Below are positions 36,677-45,205 of a stretch of DNA of 64,000 nt, piece after piece. Each line of letters begins with the position of its first letter. The stretch's first letter is position 1. This DNA is from an uncultured bacterium (GTDB lineage: Bacteria > Patescibacteriota > JABMPQ01 > CAVVCK01): positions 75,571 to 139,570 of the forward strand of contig CAVVCK010000002.1 in assembly GCA_963746775.1 (NCBI GenBank). The letters run 5' to 3'. A program made the translations under genes and the position numbers. A model generated the notes under the pieces. It was not told the DNA's origin, ran no database searches, and worked only from the letters and a program-made list of their open reading frames with translations.

Positions 36677-37897
36677 CTATTCAAGGTAGGAGTTGTAGAT
36701 ATCATGAACCTCGTCCTCGGAGAGAGGGCGAGGGTAGAAAGAAATATTGGAGAGTTCGCCATTAAAGGACGAACCGCCAGGACTATCAATGGGGCACCAC
36801 CCTTTTCCTATCCGAATATTACGGTCAGGAGGAATAGGTATTTCTCCTACATAGGTGGTTTCCTCGACCTCCAGGATGCCGTTGACGTACACCCTCACGG
36901 CAGTCTCTGCCTCCGTGACTGCGATATGGTATCTCCCTGCTCTGCAAACGGAAGACACCAACCAATTCAGATTTTCTCCATCAATGCTATAGGCAAAGAC
37001 TAAGCAATGCCCATCTACATTGTGACGCAATATCTCCCAGGCAAGTCTCCCTGCGAGACACGCCCTCCCACGACCGATAATGATTTCTGTATTATCATTC
37101 ACATCTTCTATAAGTGTCACCCAAAACGCCACCGTAAACTCGGTGACGTCCACGAGATCCGGCCGATTCCCAGCCGATTCTTCGGTATAGACCTCGGAAT
37201 AGGCCCCTCCCTCGAATGAGAGGGCTCCGTCCGAGGCCTCGGCCCCATAATTGTACGAATGGTTGTAGCCACTCGTAGAATATAATACTTCTCCATCATC
37301 CATAAGGGATGACGCTCCAATATAGCAGAACCCAAGGCCGTTCTCAACGACCTCGTCACAGTCGTTGTCGATGCCGTCGCATATTTCGAGCGCACCCGGA
37401 TAGACGTAGGGGTCGCTGTCATCGCAGTCGCCGTCACAGACCATGTAGCCGTTGCCGTCGCTGTCGAGCTCTTCCTCGGGAATCCCGTCGCAGTCGTCGT
37501 CCACGCCATTGCAGATCTCCTCGGCATCGGGGTTGATGGTCGGGTCGGTATCGTCGCAGTCTTCCGCAACGAGCACCCACCCGCCTTTCTCCCCGCAGGG
37601 GTCCTCCTCTGACAGGGCCGGATTCCCCCAGCCATCGCCGTCCGCATCGCGGTAGAAGGTGCAGAGCACCTCCTCGTCGCCATCGCCATCGCCATCGATG
37701 TCACCATCACCATCACCATCGATGTCACCATCACCATCGCTATCGGTATCACCATCACTGTCAGCGTCTCCATCACTGTCAGTGTCGATCGGGTGCAGCG
37801 CAAGGCCGCACCCAGTTACCAACAAGACCACCAAAGCCACCAGAATTAGGTTCTTCATCTCGTTCTCCTTCATGAGGCCAACCATTGGCCCCGTCAT
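36677..37897 (-). CDS. High-GC secreted lipoprotein, copy 2 (paralog of 34953..36167) with divergent C-terminal LamG-like cassette
   Basis: Probable start MKNLILVALVVLLVTGC. Central Cys-rich region DNA-identical to copy 1; C-terminal about 110 aa diverged (…GRGRACLAGRLAWEILRHNVDGHCLVFAYSIDGENLN…) before an identical ISFYPRPLSEDEVHDIYNSYLE tail. Confidence 0.7.
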   Translation of the reverse strand: MTGPMVGLMKENEMKNLILVALVVLLVTGCGLALHPIDTDSDGDADSDGDTDSDGDGDIDGDGDGDIDGDGDGDEEVLCTFYRDADGDGWGNPALSEEDPCGEKGGWVLVAEDCDDTDPTINPDAEEICNGVDDDCDGIPEEELDSDGNGYMVCDGDCDDSDPYVYPGALEICDGIDNDCDEVVENGLGFCYIGASSLMDDGEVLYSTSGYNHSYNYGAEASDGALSFEGGAYSEVYTEESAGNRPDLVDVTEFTVAFWVTLIEDVNDNTEIIIGRGRACLAGRLAWEILRHNVDGHCLVFAYSIDGENLNWLVSSVCRAGRYHIAVTEAETAVRVYVNGILEVEETTYVGEIPIPPDRNIRIGKGWCPIDSPGGSSFNGELSNISFYPRPLSEDEVHDIYNSYLE

Positions 37898-38275
37898 TAT
37901 TTTTACCTATTTAAATAAATTCTACATTTATCCACTTCTTAATATAAGTAATAATAAAAACAGGGCCAAAATAAGAATAGCAAGACTGATTTTTAAACAC
38001 GTGGGTATATTCGATTCTTGGGGTATATTGTCATCTTAATTTATTTCCTACCTAATTTAAAAAGAACTTACCAAAACACATAATTCCTTCTATGTCAAAT
38101 AATAGAGAAAATACTCTAAAATGTCAAGCTTTAGTGATATATATTTATTTTTTTAAAAAATATGAATAATCAGTCTAAATTATACTCTGCTTAAATTTTC
38201 ATAGCTATTTTATTGAAATAATTTCTTTTACCCTTGTTTTTATCTAAATTAAGATAAAAAATAGATTATTTAAAA

Positions 38276-38312
38276 ATAAAAAGCTTAATAAATATCCCTA
38301 TTAAGCTTTTTA
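38276..38312 (-). terminator. Rho-independent terminator downstream of tRNA-Ser
   Basis: AAAAAGCTTAATA-loop-TATTAAGCTTTTT hairpin followed by a T-rich tract on the minus strand. Confidence 0.5.
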
Positions 38313-38331
38313 TACTAGTTATAAATACATT

Positions 38332-38420
38332 CGGAAGCGGGAGGATTCGAACCTCCGATCGCCTAAAAAGACGACAGCAGTTTTCGAGACTGCCCCATTC
38401 AACCACTCTGGCACGCTTCC
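38332..38420 (-). tRNA. tRNA-Ser (anticodon CGA), type II with long variable arm
   Basis: Minus strand GGAAGCG-TG-CCAGAGTGGTTGAATGG...GCAGT-CTCGAAA-ACTGC-long variable arm-GGAGGTTCGAATCCTCC-CGCTTCC-G; T-loop GTTCGAATC. Confidence 0.85.
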
Positions 38421-38690
38421 AAAACCATAAAAACACAAGAACATAAAAATCCACCTCTTTGGCGGATCCGCCGTTAGAGGCGGACAAAATAACAAAAATT
38501 ACAAATACACATTATTTACAATAATTTAGCTATTCACCAAGTTAACAATTTATTCAATTGACCAGTTTTAAAATTATTGTTAATATCATCTTAATTCTAT
38601 TAAAGCTATTATATCTTTAACTATTTAACAATTCAACTATTTCCGCCTCTAACGGCAGATCCGCCGTTAGAGGCGAATAACATAAAATCT

Positions 38691-38828
38691 ATGCCCAAGA
38701 GAACTTATCAACCAAAAAAAAGAAAAAGAAAAAAAACCCACGGCTTTCGCAAAAGAATGAGAACTAAAGATGGACAAAATGTCTTAAAAAGAAGAAGAGC
38801 TAAAAAAAGAAAGAAATTGACTGTTTAG
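38691..38828 (+). CDS. rpmH: 50S ribosomal protein L34
   Basis: [45 protein letters not shown] (45 aa), found by hand translation; absent from the ORF track, which has no ORF this short. Confidence 0.9.
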   Translation: MPKRTYQPKKRKRKKTHGFRKRMRTKDGQNVLKRRRAKKRKKLTV

Positions 38829-38836
38829 TTTTTTAT

Positions 38837-39178
38837 ATGCTACCTAAAATAAATAGGTTAACTAAAGAAAGGGATTTTAATCAAATTCATAAGTTTGGAA
38901 TATTTGTTGGTGAAAATTTTTTAGCTATAAAGTTCAAAAAAAACAATTTAGATATATCTCGTTTTGGTTTTCTGGTTGGCACTAAAATTTCTAAAAAAGC
39001 AGTTCAAAGAAACTTAATCAAAAGAAGGCTCAGAGAATCAGTTAAATCAAAGCTTAATAAAATCAAACCAGGATATGATATTGTTTTTTTTACCAAACCA
39101 GAGATCGTGAATAAAAGTTATAGCGAAATTAATAAAGCAGTGGAGAATGTATTTGGTAGAAGTAAATTGATTGTATAA
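38837..39178 (+). CDS. rnpA: Ribonuclease P protein component
   Basis: 113 aa, basic, LIKRRLRE motif; position after rpmH. Confidence 0.85.
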   Translation: MLPKINRLTKERDFNQIHKFGIFVGENFLAIKFKKNNLDISRFGFLVGTKISKKAVQRNLIKRRLRESVKSKLNKIKPGYDIVFFTKPEIVNKSYSEINKAVENVFGRSKLIV

Positions 39179-39241
39179 TAATTTCTAATTTCCCATGCCT
39201 CTTCGACAGGTCAGCCGAAGAGGCTGATAACAAAAATCATA

Positions 39242-39541
39242 ATGACCAAAGGAGGAAAAATTTATGATTTAGAAGAGCGAACCGCAAAATTTGGTGAAAA
39301 TATTATAGAGTTATCTAAGGTAATTATCAGAGACACTATTACTCTTCCCCTAATAAATCAATTAATAAAATCAGGTACATGTGTAGGTGCTAATTATTGT
39401 GAAGCAGATTGTACCGAATCTAGAAAAGATTTTGAACACAAACTAAGTATATGTAAAAAAGAAGCTAGGGAAACTAAACATTGGTTAAGAATGATTGCTA
39501 AAGCAAATCCAAGCATCAAAGACAAAGCTAAAGTATTATAG
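39242..39541 (+). CDS. Four-helix-bundle protein (23S rRNA intervening-sequence protein family)
   Basis: 99 aa; ...SGTCVGANYCEA...KDFEHKLSICKKEARETKHWLRMIAKA, typical of this family. Confidence 0.6.
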   Translation: MTKGGKIYDLEERTAKFGENIIELSKVIIRDTITLPLINQLIKSGTCVGANYCEADCTESRKDFEHKLSICKKEARETKHWLRMIAKANPSIKDKAKVL

Positions 39542-39675
39542 AAAGAATCTAAAGAATTACAATTAATTTTTATTGCTATAATAAATAAATCCAAGACTAA
39601 TGAAATAAAAAAGTAATTTAGCATTAGAAATTAAACATTTTATTAGATATTGGAAATTGGATATTAGTTATTAAA

Positions 39676-39942
39676 ATGATGTATTATCTTCGCCTACCAT
39701 TACTATTTATAATTCGTCTTTACCAAAAAACCCTCTCCCCCGACCACGGTCTTCTTTCTTATTTTATTCCCCATGGCACATGCAAATTCCGACCCACCTG
39801 TTCCGAATATAGCTATCAAGCCATTAAAAAGTATGGTATTTTAAAAGGAGGATTATTAGGTATAAAAAGAATTTTTAGATGCCATCCTTGGAGTCAAGGA
39901 GGATATGATCCTATCCCCAATAACAAAGATGCAAATTTCTAA
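39676..39942 (+). CDS. yidD: Membrane protein insertion efficiency factor YidD
   Basis: LYQKTLSP...[19 protein letters not shown]...[13 protein letters not shown]. Confidence 0.85.
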   Translation: MMYYLRLPLLFIIRLYQKTLSPDHGLLSYFIPHGTCKFRPTCSEYSYQAIKKYGILKGGLLGIKRIFRCHPWSQGGYDPIPNNKDANF

Positions 39943-40010
39943 TTTCCAACAAAAATCCAAATGACAAATGTATTAAAAATTTAGACATTAAAACTATTAA
40001 TTAAATAAAC

Positions 40011-40745
40011 ATGAGTCAGATATACAACATTATTCTCTTCCAGCCATTATTGAATCTTCTTGTCTTTCTTTATAATAATATTGGTGATCTTGGTATCGCT
40101 ATCATAATAATTACTATCCTTATTCGTCTGATATTATTATACCCTTCTTATAAAGCCTTAAAATCACAAAGAGCTCTTCAAGAATTACAGCCTAAAATAA
40201 AAGATTTACAGAAAAAACATAAAGACAATAAAGAAGATCAAACTAAGGCTTTAATGGAATTTTACAAGGAAAATAAAGTTAATCCTTTTTCTTCCTGCTT
40301 GCCCATGTTAATTCAGCTGCCCATTATCTTTGCTCTATACCGTGTCTTTAGAACAGGCTTATCAGAAATAAATACTGATTATTTATACCCTTTCATAAAA
40401 GCACCTGAACATATTAATACTTTATTTCTTGGTTTTCTAAATTTAAATGATACCAATATATTTTTAGCAGTCTTGGCTGGTGTCCTACAATTCATTCAGT
40501 CTAAAATGATGTTAGCTAAAACAAAAAATAAAAATCAAGCTAAAGAAAAAGCACCTCAGGGACTAGGCGATATGTCTGGTATGTTGGGCAAGCAAATGAC
40601 TTATTTAATGCCAGCTATGACCGTCTTTATAGCTATGAGCCTACCCTCTGGCTTGGCCTTATACTGGGTTACTACTACCCTATTTGCAATCGCTCAACAG
40701 TATGTTATAATGCGTCCTCAAGCAAAAAATACAGACAAAAAATAA
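40011..40745 (+). CDS. yidC: Membrane protein insertase YidC/Oxa1 (short form)
   Basis: 244 aa, five TM helices, position after yidD; ...NPFSSCLPMLIQLPIIFALYRVF. Confidence 0.8.
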   Translation: MSQIYNIILFQPLLNLLVFLYNNIGDLGIAIIIITILIRLILLYPSYKALKSQRALQELQPKIKDLQKKHKDNKEDQTKALMEFYKENKVNPFSSCLPMLIQLPIIFALYRVFRTGLSEINTDYLYPFIKAPEHINTLFLGFLNLNDTNIFLAVLAGVLQFIQSKMMLAKTKNKNQAKEKAPQGLGDMSGMLGKQMTYLMPAMTVFIAMSLPSGLALYWVTTTLFAIAQQYVIMRPQAKNTDKK

Positions 40746-40789
40746 ACGTTGTCGGATTTCTTCCCTGAATATTAATTAGCTTAAAATAT

Positions 40790-41308
40790 ATGTCAGAAAT
40801 CAATGAAAATAATATTGAACTTTTAAAACAAACAATTGATCAAATTTTAAAAAGAATAGGAATTAAGGGTCAAATATTTGCCCGTATAGTTGAGCCTTTT
40901 GAAAATCAAAAAGTTTTTACTAATTCGCTTGAATCGGAAGATTTAGAAACTATTGTTTTTAATATTAAAACTGATGAAGCTAATATTTTAATTGGCCATA
41001 ATGGAGAAAACTTATTAGCTCTACAACATTTAATTAGAATTCTAGCTAGACGAAAAGATAATGAACTTATTCCTTTTAATTTAGATATTAATAATTACAG
41101 AAAAGAAAAAGGAGAAATATTACAAAGTATTGCAGAAAGTGCAGCTAAAAAAGCTCGCGAAACAGGCAAAAGAGTAATTCTTAGACCTATGCCTTCCTAC
41201 GAAAGAAGAATTGTCCACCTCTTTCTATCTAAAGAAAAAGATTTGATCACCCAAAGCGAAGGTATTGATCCAGATAGAAAAATAACAGTCACCTTATCTG
41301 TAGCTTAA
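40790..41308 (+). CDS. khpB: Jag/KhpB RNA-binding protein (KH + R3H)
   Basis: C-terminal R3H motif ...RVILRPMPSYERRIVHLFLSKEKDLITQSEG. Confidence 0.75.
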   Translation: MSEINENNIELLKQTIDQILKRIGIKGQIFARIVEPFENQKVFTNSLESEDLETIVFNIKTDEANILIGHNGENLLALQHLIRILARRKDNELIPFNLDINNYRKEKGEILQSIAESAAKKARETGKRVILRPMPSYERRIVHLFLSKEKDLITQSEGIDPDRKITVTLSVA

Positions 41309-41311
41309 TTT

Positions 41312-41833
41312 ATGTTAATTACTTACAATAATTTAATTAATTTACCAGTTTATTATGAAGATAATAAGATTGGCATAATTTCTGATATTTTTATAAGCCC
41401 TGAAAATGGGCTTTTTATGTATTTAATTTTAAATAATAAGCAATACCTTGAAGCTGTAAATATAAAAGAAATTTTAAAAAACAAAGTTATAGTAAAAAAT
41501 AATAATTGTCTTAATAAAATTACAAAAAAATATAATAATCTCATTATCAATAATAATGTTTTTACACAATTAGGTGAAAAAATAGGAAAAGTATCAGATT
41601 TTGAAATAGATTTGATGATTAATAGACTTTCAAAATTATATGTATCAGGTGGAAATATTATTAAAAATTTGATACGTGGTGAATTAATAATCAATAAAGA
41701 TCAAATTATTTCAATTGAAAAAGAAAAAATCATTGTTGAAAACATAATTGCTAGAAAAAAACAAAAAAATAAAATATTACCAGAAAGAAATAAAGAACTG
41801 GCTGGAGCAAGTTTTTGTATAAAAATAGATTAA
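41312..41833 (+). CDS. Hypothetical protein, possibly tandem PRC-barrel-like
   Basis: 173 aa ORF in the operon after khpB; weak resemblance to PRC-barrel (…YYEDNKIGIISDIF…; …EKIGKVSDFEID…). Confidence 0.35.
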   Translation: MLITYNNLINLPVYYEDNKIGIISDIFISPENGLFMYLILNNKQYLEAVNIKEILKNKVIVKNNNCLNKITKKYNNLIINNNVFTQLGEKIGKVSDFEIDLMINRLSKLYVSGGNIIKNLIRGELIINKDQIISIEKEKIIVENIIARKKQKNKILPERNKELAGASFCIKID

Positions 41834-41934
41834 GTTGTAATCCTATAAAAAGCAGACAATATCCAAAAAGTCTGTTTTTTTATTATAATAAATGATAAAA
41901 TCTTAATAATTTCCATATTAATATTTACTAACCA

Positions 41935-43353
41935 ATGTCTACTGCCCGCAACATTGCTCGTAATACTATAGTTCAATTCACCGGTAAAATAATTGGCTCT
42001 ATTTTGGCTGTTTTTACCCTGGCCATAATTTTAAGGTATTTAGGTCAGACCGGTTTTGGTAAATATACTACTATTATTACTTACACTAGTATATTTTCCA
42101 TAATGGCTGATTTGGGATTGTATTTGATCGTTACTCGTGAAATTTCCAAGCCAGGAGCTAATGAAGAAAAATTATTAAGCAATGCTTTTACTATCAAATT
42201 AACTGCCGCTATTATAATCTTAGTTCTAGCCTGTCTGGTTTCTCCCCTGCTCTATTCTGGCATTATAATATACGGTATTATCATTGCTGCTTTCTCTTTT
42301 ATTTTTGTATTACTAAATCAAGTCTTAATTGGACTTTTCCAAAAATATTTTGATATGTCCAGCGTCGCTATTGGTGAAGTGGTTGGTCGAATTATTTGGT
42401 TAATTGGCGCTTATATAATTGCCAAATTTGACATGGGTCTTTTATGGCTTTTATTTACAGTTGTTTTAAGTAATTTGGCAAATTTTTTAATCGTTTTCAT
42501 ATCAAGCCGTAAATATGTAAAAATTAAATTAGCCTACGATAAAATATTGTGGAAAAAAATTATTAAAATGACAGCACCGTTAGCTTTCTCGGTTATTTTT
42601 AATTTAATATATTTCAAAATTGCTACTATATTTTTATCAATCATGAAAGAAGAAAGCGATGTTGGCATCTACGGCGCACCTTTTAAAGTGCTAGAAAGCT
42701 TAATTGCTTTTGCCGCTATTTTTGCTGGATTATTACTGCCCCTGCTTTCTAGATATTACAAAGAAGATAAGGATAAATTTTTAAATATTTTTAAAAAAGG
42801 TATCAATGTCTTAATCATTTTTGTTATACCAATGTGTATTGGTACCATTTATTTTGCCCAGGAAATTATGGCTCTGGCTGGAGGTGATGAATTTAGAGGA
42901 TCTGCTGAAGTTCTAAAAATATTAATATTTGCTGTCGGCGCTATCTTTTTTTCTCATGTCTTTGGTAATACAGCCATCGCCTGCCATCAACAGAAAAAAA
43001 TTATGTGGATTTATATGAGCGTAGCTCTATTATCTGTTATTTTAAATTTAATTTTAATACCTAAATATTCTTATTTCGGTGCCTCAATTGCTGTAACAGC
43101 CTCTGAAATAAGCGTTGCTTTAGCCATTTTAATTTTAATTTATATAAAGGCTCATGTAGCTATTGATTTTAAAACTCTTTCTAAATCAATTGTTTCGGCC
43201 GGAGGAATGCTAGTTATTTTATATGTACTTCCACCTTGGTATTTTTTAATAAATGCATGCCTAGCTTCAGTAGTATACTTCGCCCTATTATTTTTATTAA
43301 AAGGTTTTTCCAAAGAAATGGTCTGGGAAATAATTAGTGCTAAGAAAAAATAA
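41935..43353 (+). CDS. MOP-superfamily oligosaccharide flippase (Wzx/polysaccharide biosynthesis protein)
   Basis: 472 aa, about 14 TM helices, N-terminal ARNTIVQFTGKIIGSILAVFTLAIILRYLGQTGFGKY, typical of Wzx-like flippases. Confidence 0.7.
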   Translation: MSTARNIARNTIVQFTGKIIGSILAVFTLAIILRYLGQTGFGKYTTIITYTSIFSIMADLGLYLIVTREISKPGANEEKLLSNAFTIKLTAAIIILVLACLVSPLLYSGIIIYGIIIAAFSFIFVLLNQVLIGLFQKYFDMSSVAIGEVVGRIIWLIGAYIIAKFDMGLLWLLFTVVLSNLANFLIVFISSRKYVKIKLAYDKILWKKIIKMTAPLAFSVIFNLIYFKIATIFLSIMKEESDVGIYGAPFKVLESLIAFAAIFAGLLLPLLSRYYKEDKDKFLNIFKKGINVLIIFVIPMCIGTIYFAQEIMALAGGDEFRGSAEVLKILIFAVGAIFFSHVFGNTAIACHQQKKIMWIYMSVALLSVILNLILIPKYSYFGASIAVTASEISVALAILILIYIKAHVAIDFKTLSKSIVSAGGMLVILYVLPPWYFLINACLASVVYFALLFLLKGFSKEMVWEIISAKKK

Positions 43354-43469
43354 TATATTGAAAATAAATTTGTTCCTTCTACCCTGCTTTAGCAGAGGGT
43401 TATCGGACATAATTATTCCAAGGCTTTAGCCACGACTTTTTCAAAATAATTTTAAATAATAGTTAAGTT

Positions 43470-44054
43470 ATGCCAGACATTCAAAAACCGCACTGGCCAG
43501 ATAATAGCATTTATTTTTTAACTGGTTCGACATTTTTGCACTATCCATATTTCAGAGAAGAGAAACAAAAGCAAATTGTTTTAAATCAAATTAAAAATGT
43601 TAAGAAAAATTTAAATATTCCTATATCAGCTTATAGTATAGCTGTAAACCATTATCACTTAAAATTTTTTTTGAAAAGAGGCTTAGAATTAGCTCGGGTA
43701 AGACAGATAATGCATGGTGGAACTTCCTTTGTTTATCACAAAGAATATAAAAAAAGACACGAAGAAATGTGGCAATCAGATTATGCAATCGTTATTACTT
43801 CAGAAGAGCTTAATATGAAAATAGCAGGATATACAAGTGGAAATTTACTTAAACATAAAGAAGTCAGCACTTTTCAGGAATTAGAAGATAATCGTTTTTC
43901 AAGTTATTGGTATTTAGTTAAAAAGTTAGGAAATCAATTTGCTCAAGAATTAGTTAGAAGTATTATTAATACAGAAGAAGACAATGATGGCAGAATCAAT
44001 AGAAAAGAACTTGGGAAGCTAAAGCTTCCCAAACCCTTGGCTAAAGCCAGGTAG
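43470..44054 (+). CDS. IS200/IS605-like Y1 HUH transposase-family protein (RAYT-like), probably solitary or domesticated
   Basis: IYFLTGSTF... (cf. YHVTxRG), AYSIAVNHYHLKFFL (HUH motif, cf. MPNHVHLL), MWQSDY (cf. WQGRF). Hairpins in both flanks. Confidence 0.6.
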   Translation: MPDIQKPHWPDNSIYFLTGSTFLHYPYFREEKQKQIVLNQIKNVKKNLNIPISAYSIAVNHYHLKFFLKRGLELARVRQIMHGGTSFVYHKEYKKRHEEMWQSDYAIVITSEELNMKIAGYTSGNLLKHKEVSTFQELEDNRFSSYWYLVKKLGNQFAQELVRSIINTEEDNDGRINRKELGKLKLPKPLAKAR

Positions 44055-44065
44055 AAAAATATAAT

Positions 44066-45205
44066 ATGCCCAATATTTTAATCCTAAAATTTCCCTACAA
44101 TTCTAATCTTGGCGGAGGAGAAAAACATACTCTAACATTAGTTGAAAAACTAAAAACAAGAGGTTTTAATTTTTATTTAGCCTCATCTTGCAAAGTTTTA
44201 CTAGAAGAGTTTAATAAAAGAAAATATAACTTTAAAAAGGTTTGGCTTGGATTAGAGCCTGTATCTATTAAAGGACTTATAGTTTTTACAGCTACTCTGC
44301 CTTATACTTTTTGGCGAATGTTTTTTTTATTAGTTTATTATAAAATTAAACACAAAACACACACTCTGTATTGCCTAAATTTAACAGAAAAATTATTAGC
44401 CACCCTACCTGCCAAATTACTAGGCTATAGAATATTTTGGATGGAACATTTACGAATTGAGAAATGGCTACTGCAAAATCCCTATCGTCCATTCTACGTT
44501 TTATTATCAAATTTTGTCACTACTATTACAGTTTCTAACTCAGTTAAAAAACAATTACTTGATTTAGGTTTAAAAAAAAGTAAAGTTAAAGTTATTTACA
44601 ACGGGATTGATACAAACAATTTTAAACCCAAAGTACCAAACTCTAAGCCCTACTCCCTACCCTCTATTATTGGAACAGCAGGACGTCTAAACACCGAAAA
44701 AGGTATGAATTATTTAATTAAAGCTTTTAAAATTGTTCTAGAAAAATATCCCCATACGGAGCTGCATATTGCCGGCCAAGGTCCAGAAGAAGAAAATTTA
44801 AAAAAATTAATAAATAACTTAGCAATAGAGAATAAAGTCAAATTTTTAGGATATATTGATTATAAAAAATTATCTGATTTTTATAATAACATTGATATTT
44901 TTGCCCTAGCTCCTACTAGACGTGAATCATTCGGTATGGCTGCCGCTGAAGCCTCTGCCTGTGCAAAATCTGCAGTGGTTACTAATATTTCCGGACTTAC
45001 TGAGGTCGTAGAAAATAATAAAACTGGATTTGTTGTAGAAGCTAAAAATATAGATAAAATAGCAAAAGCTTTAATAAAATTAATTAAGAATAAAGAATTA
45101 AGAAAAGAATTTGGAAAAAATGCTAGAGAAAGAATTTTAAATAATTTTACGGAAGAAAAAATGATTAAAGAATTTGAAAAAATATTTACCTATGAAAAAC
45201 TTTAA
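44066..45205 (+). CDS. GT4 glycosyltransferase
   Basis: FPYNSNLGGGEKHTLTLVEKL...; C-terminus RRESFGMAAAEASACAKSAVVTNISG. Confidence 0.75.
   Translation: MPNILILKFPYNSNLGGGEKHTLTLVEKLKTRGFNFYLASSCKVLLEEFNKRKYNFKKVWLGLEPVSIKGLIVFTATLPYTFWRMFFLLVYYKIKHKTHTLYCLNLTEKLLATLPAKLLGYRIFWMEHLRIEKWLLQNPYRPFYVLLSNFVTTITVSNSVKKQLLDLGLKKSKVKVIYNGIDTNNFKPKVPNSKPYSLPSIIGTAGRLNTEKGMNYLIKAFKIVLEKYPHTELHIAGQGPEEENLKKLINNLAIENKVKFLGYIDYKKLSDFYNNIDIFALAPTRRESFGMAAAEASACAKSAVVTNISGLTEVVENNKTGFVVEAKNIDKIAKALIKLIKNKELRKEFGKNARERILNNFTEEKMIKEFEKIFTYEKL

Noticed and set aside
38266-38487. 73-aa ORF on the minus strand
   Set aside because: It completely overlaps the tRNA-Ser gene and its terminator, so it is a spurious ORF.
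38487-38640. Firm call of oriC between tRNA-Ser and rpmH
   Set aside because: Strand switch and gene content are suggestive, but no dnaA gene and no clear cluster of canonical DnaA boxes are present in the AT-rich segment. It is kept only as a hypothesis in the findings, not annotated as an origin.
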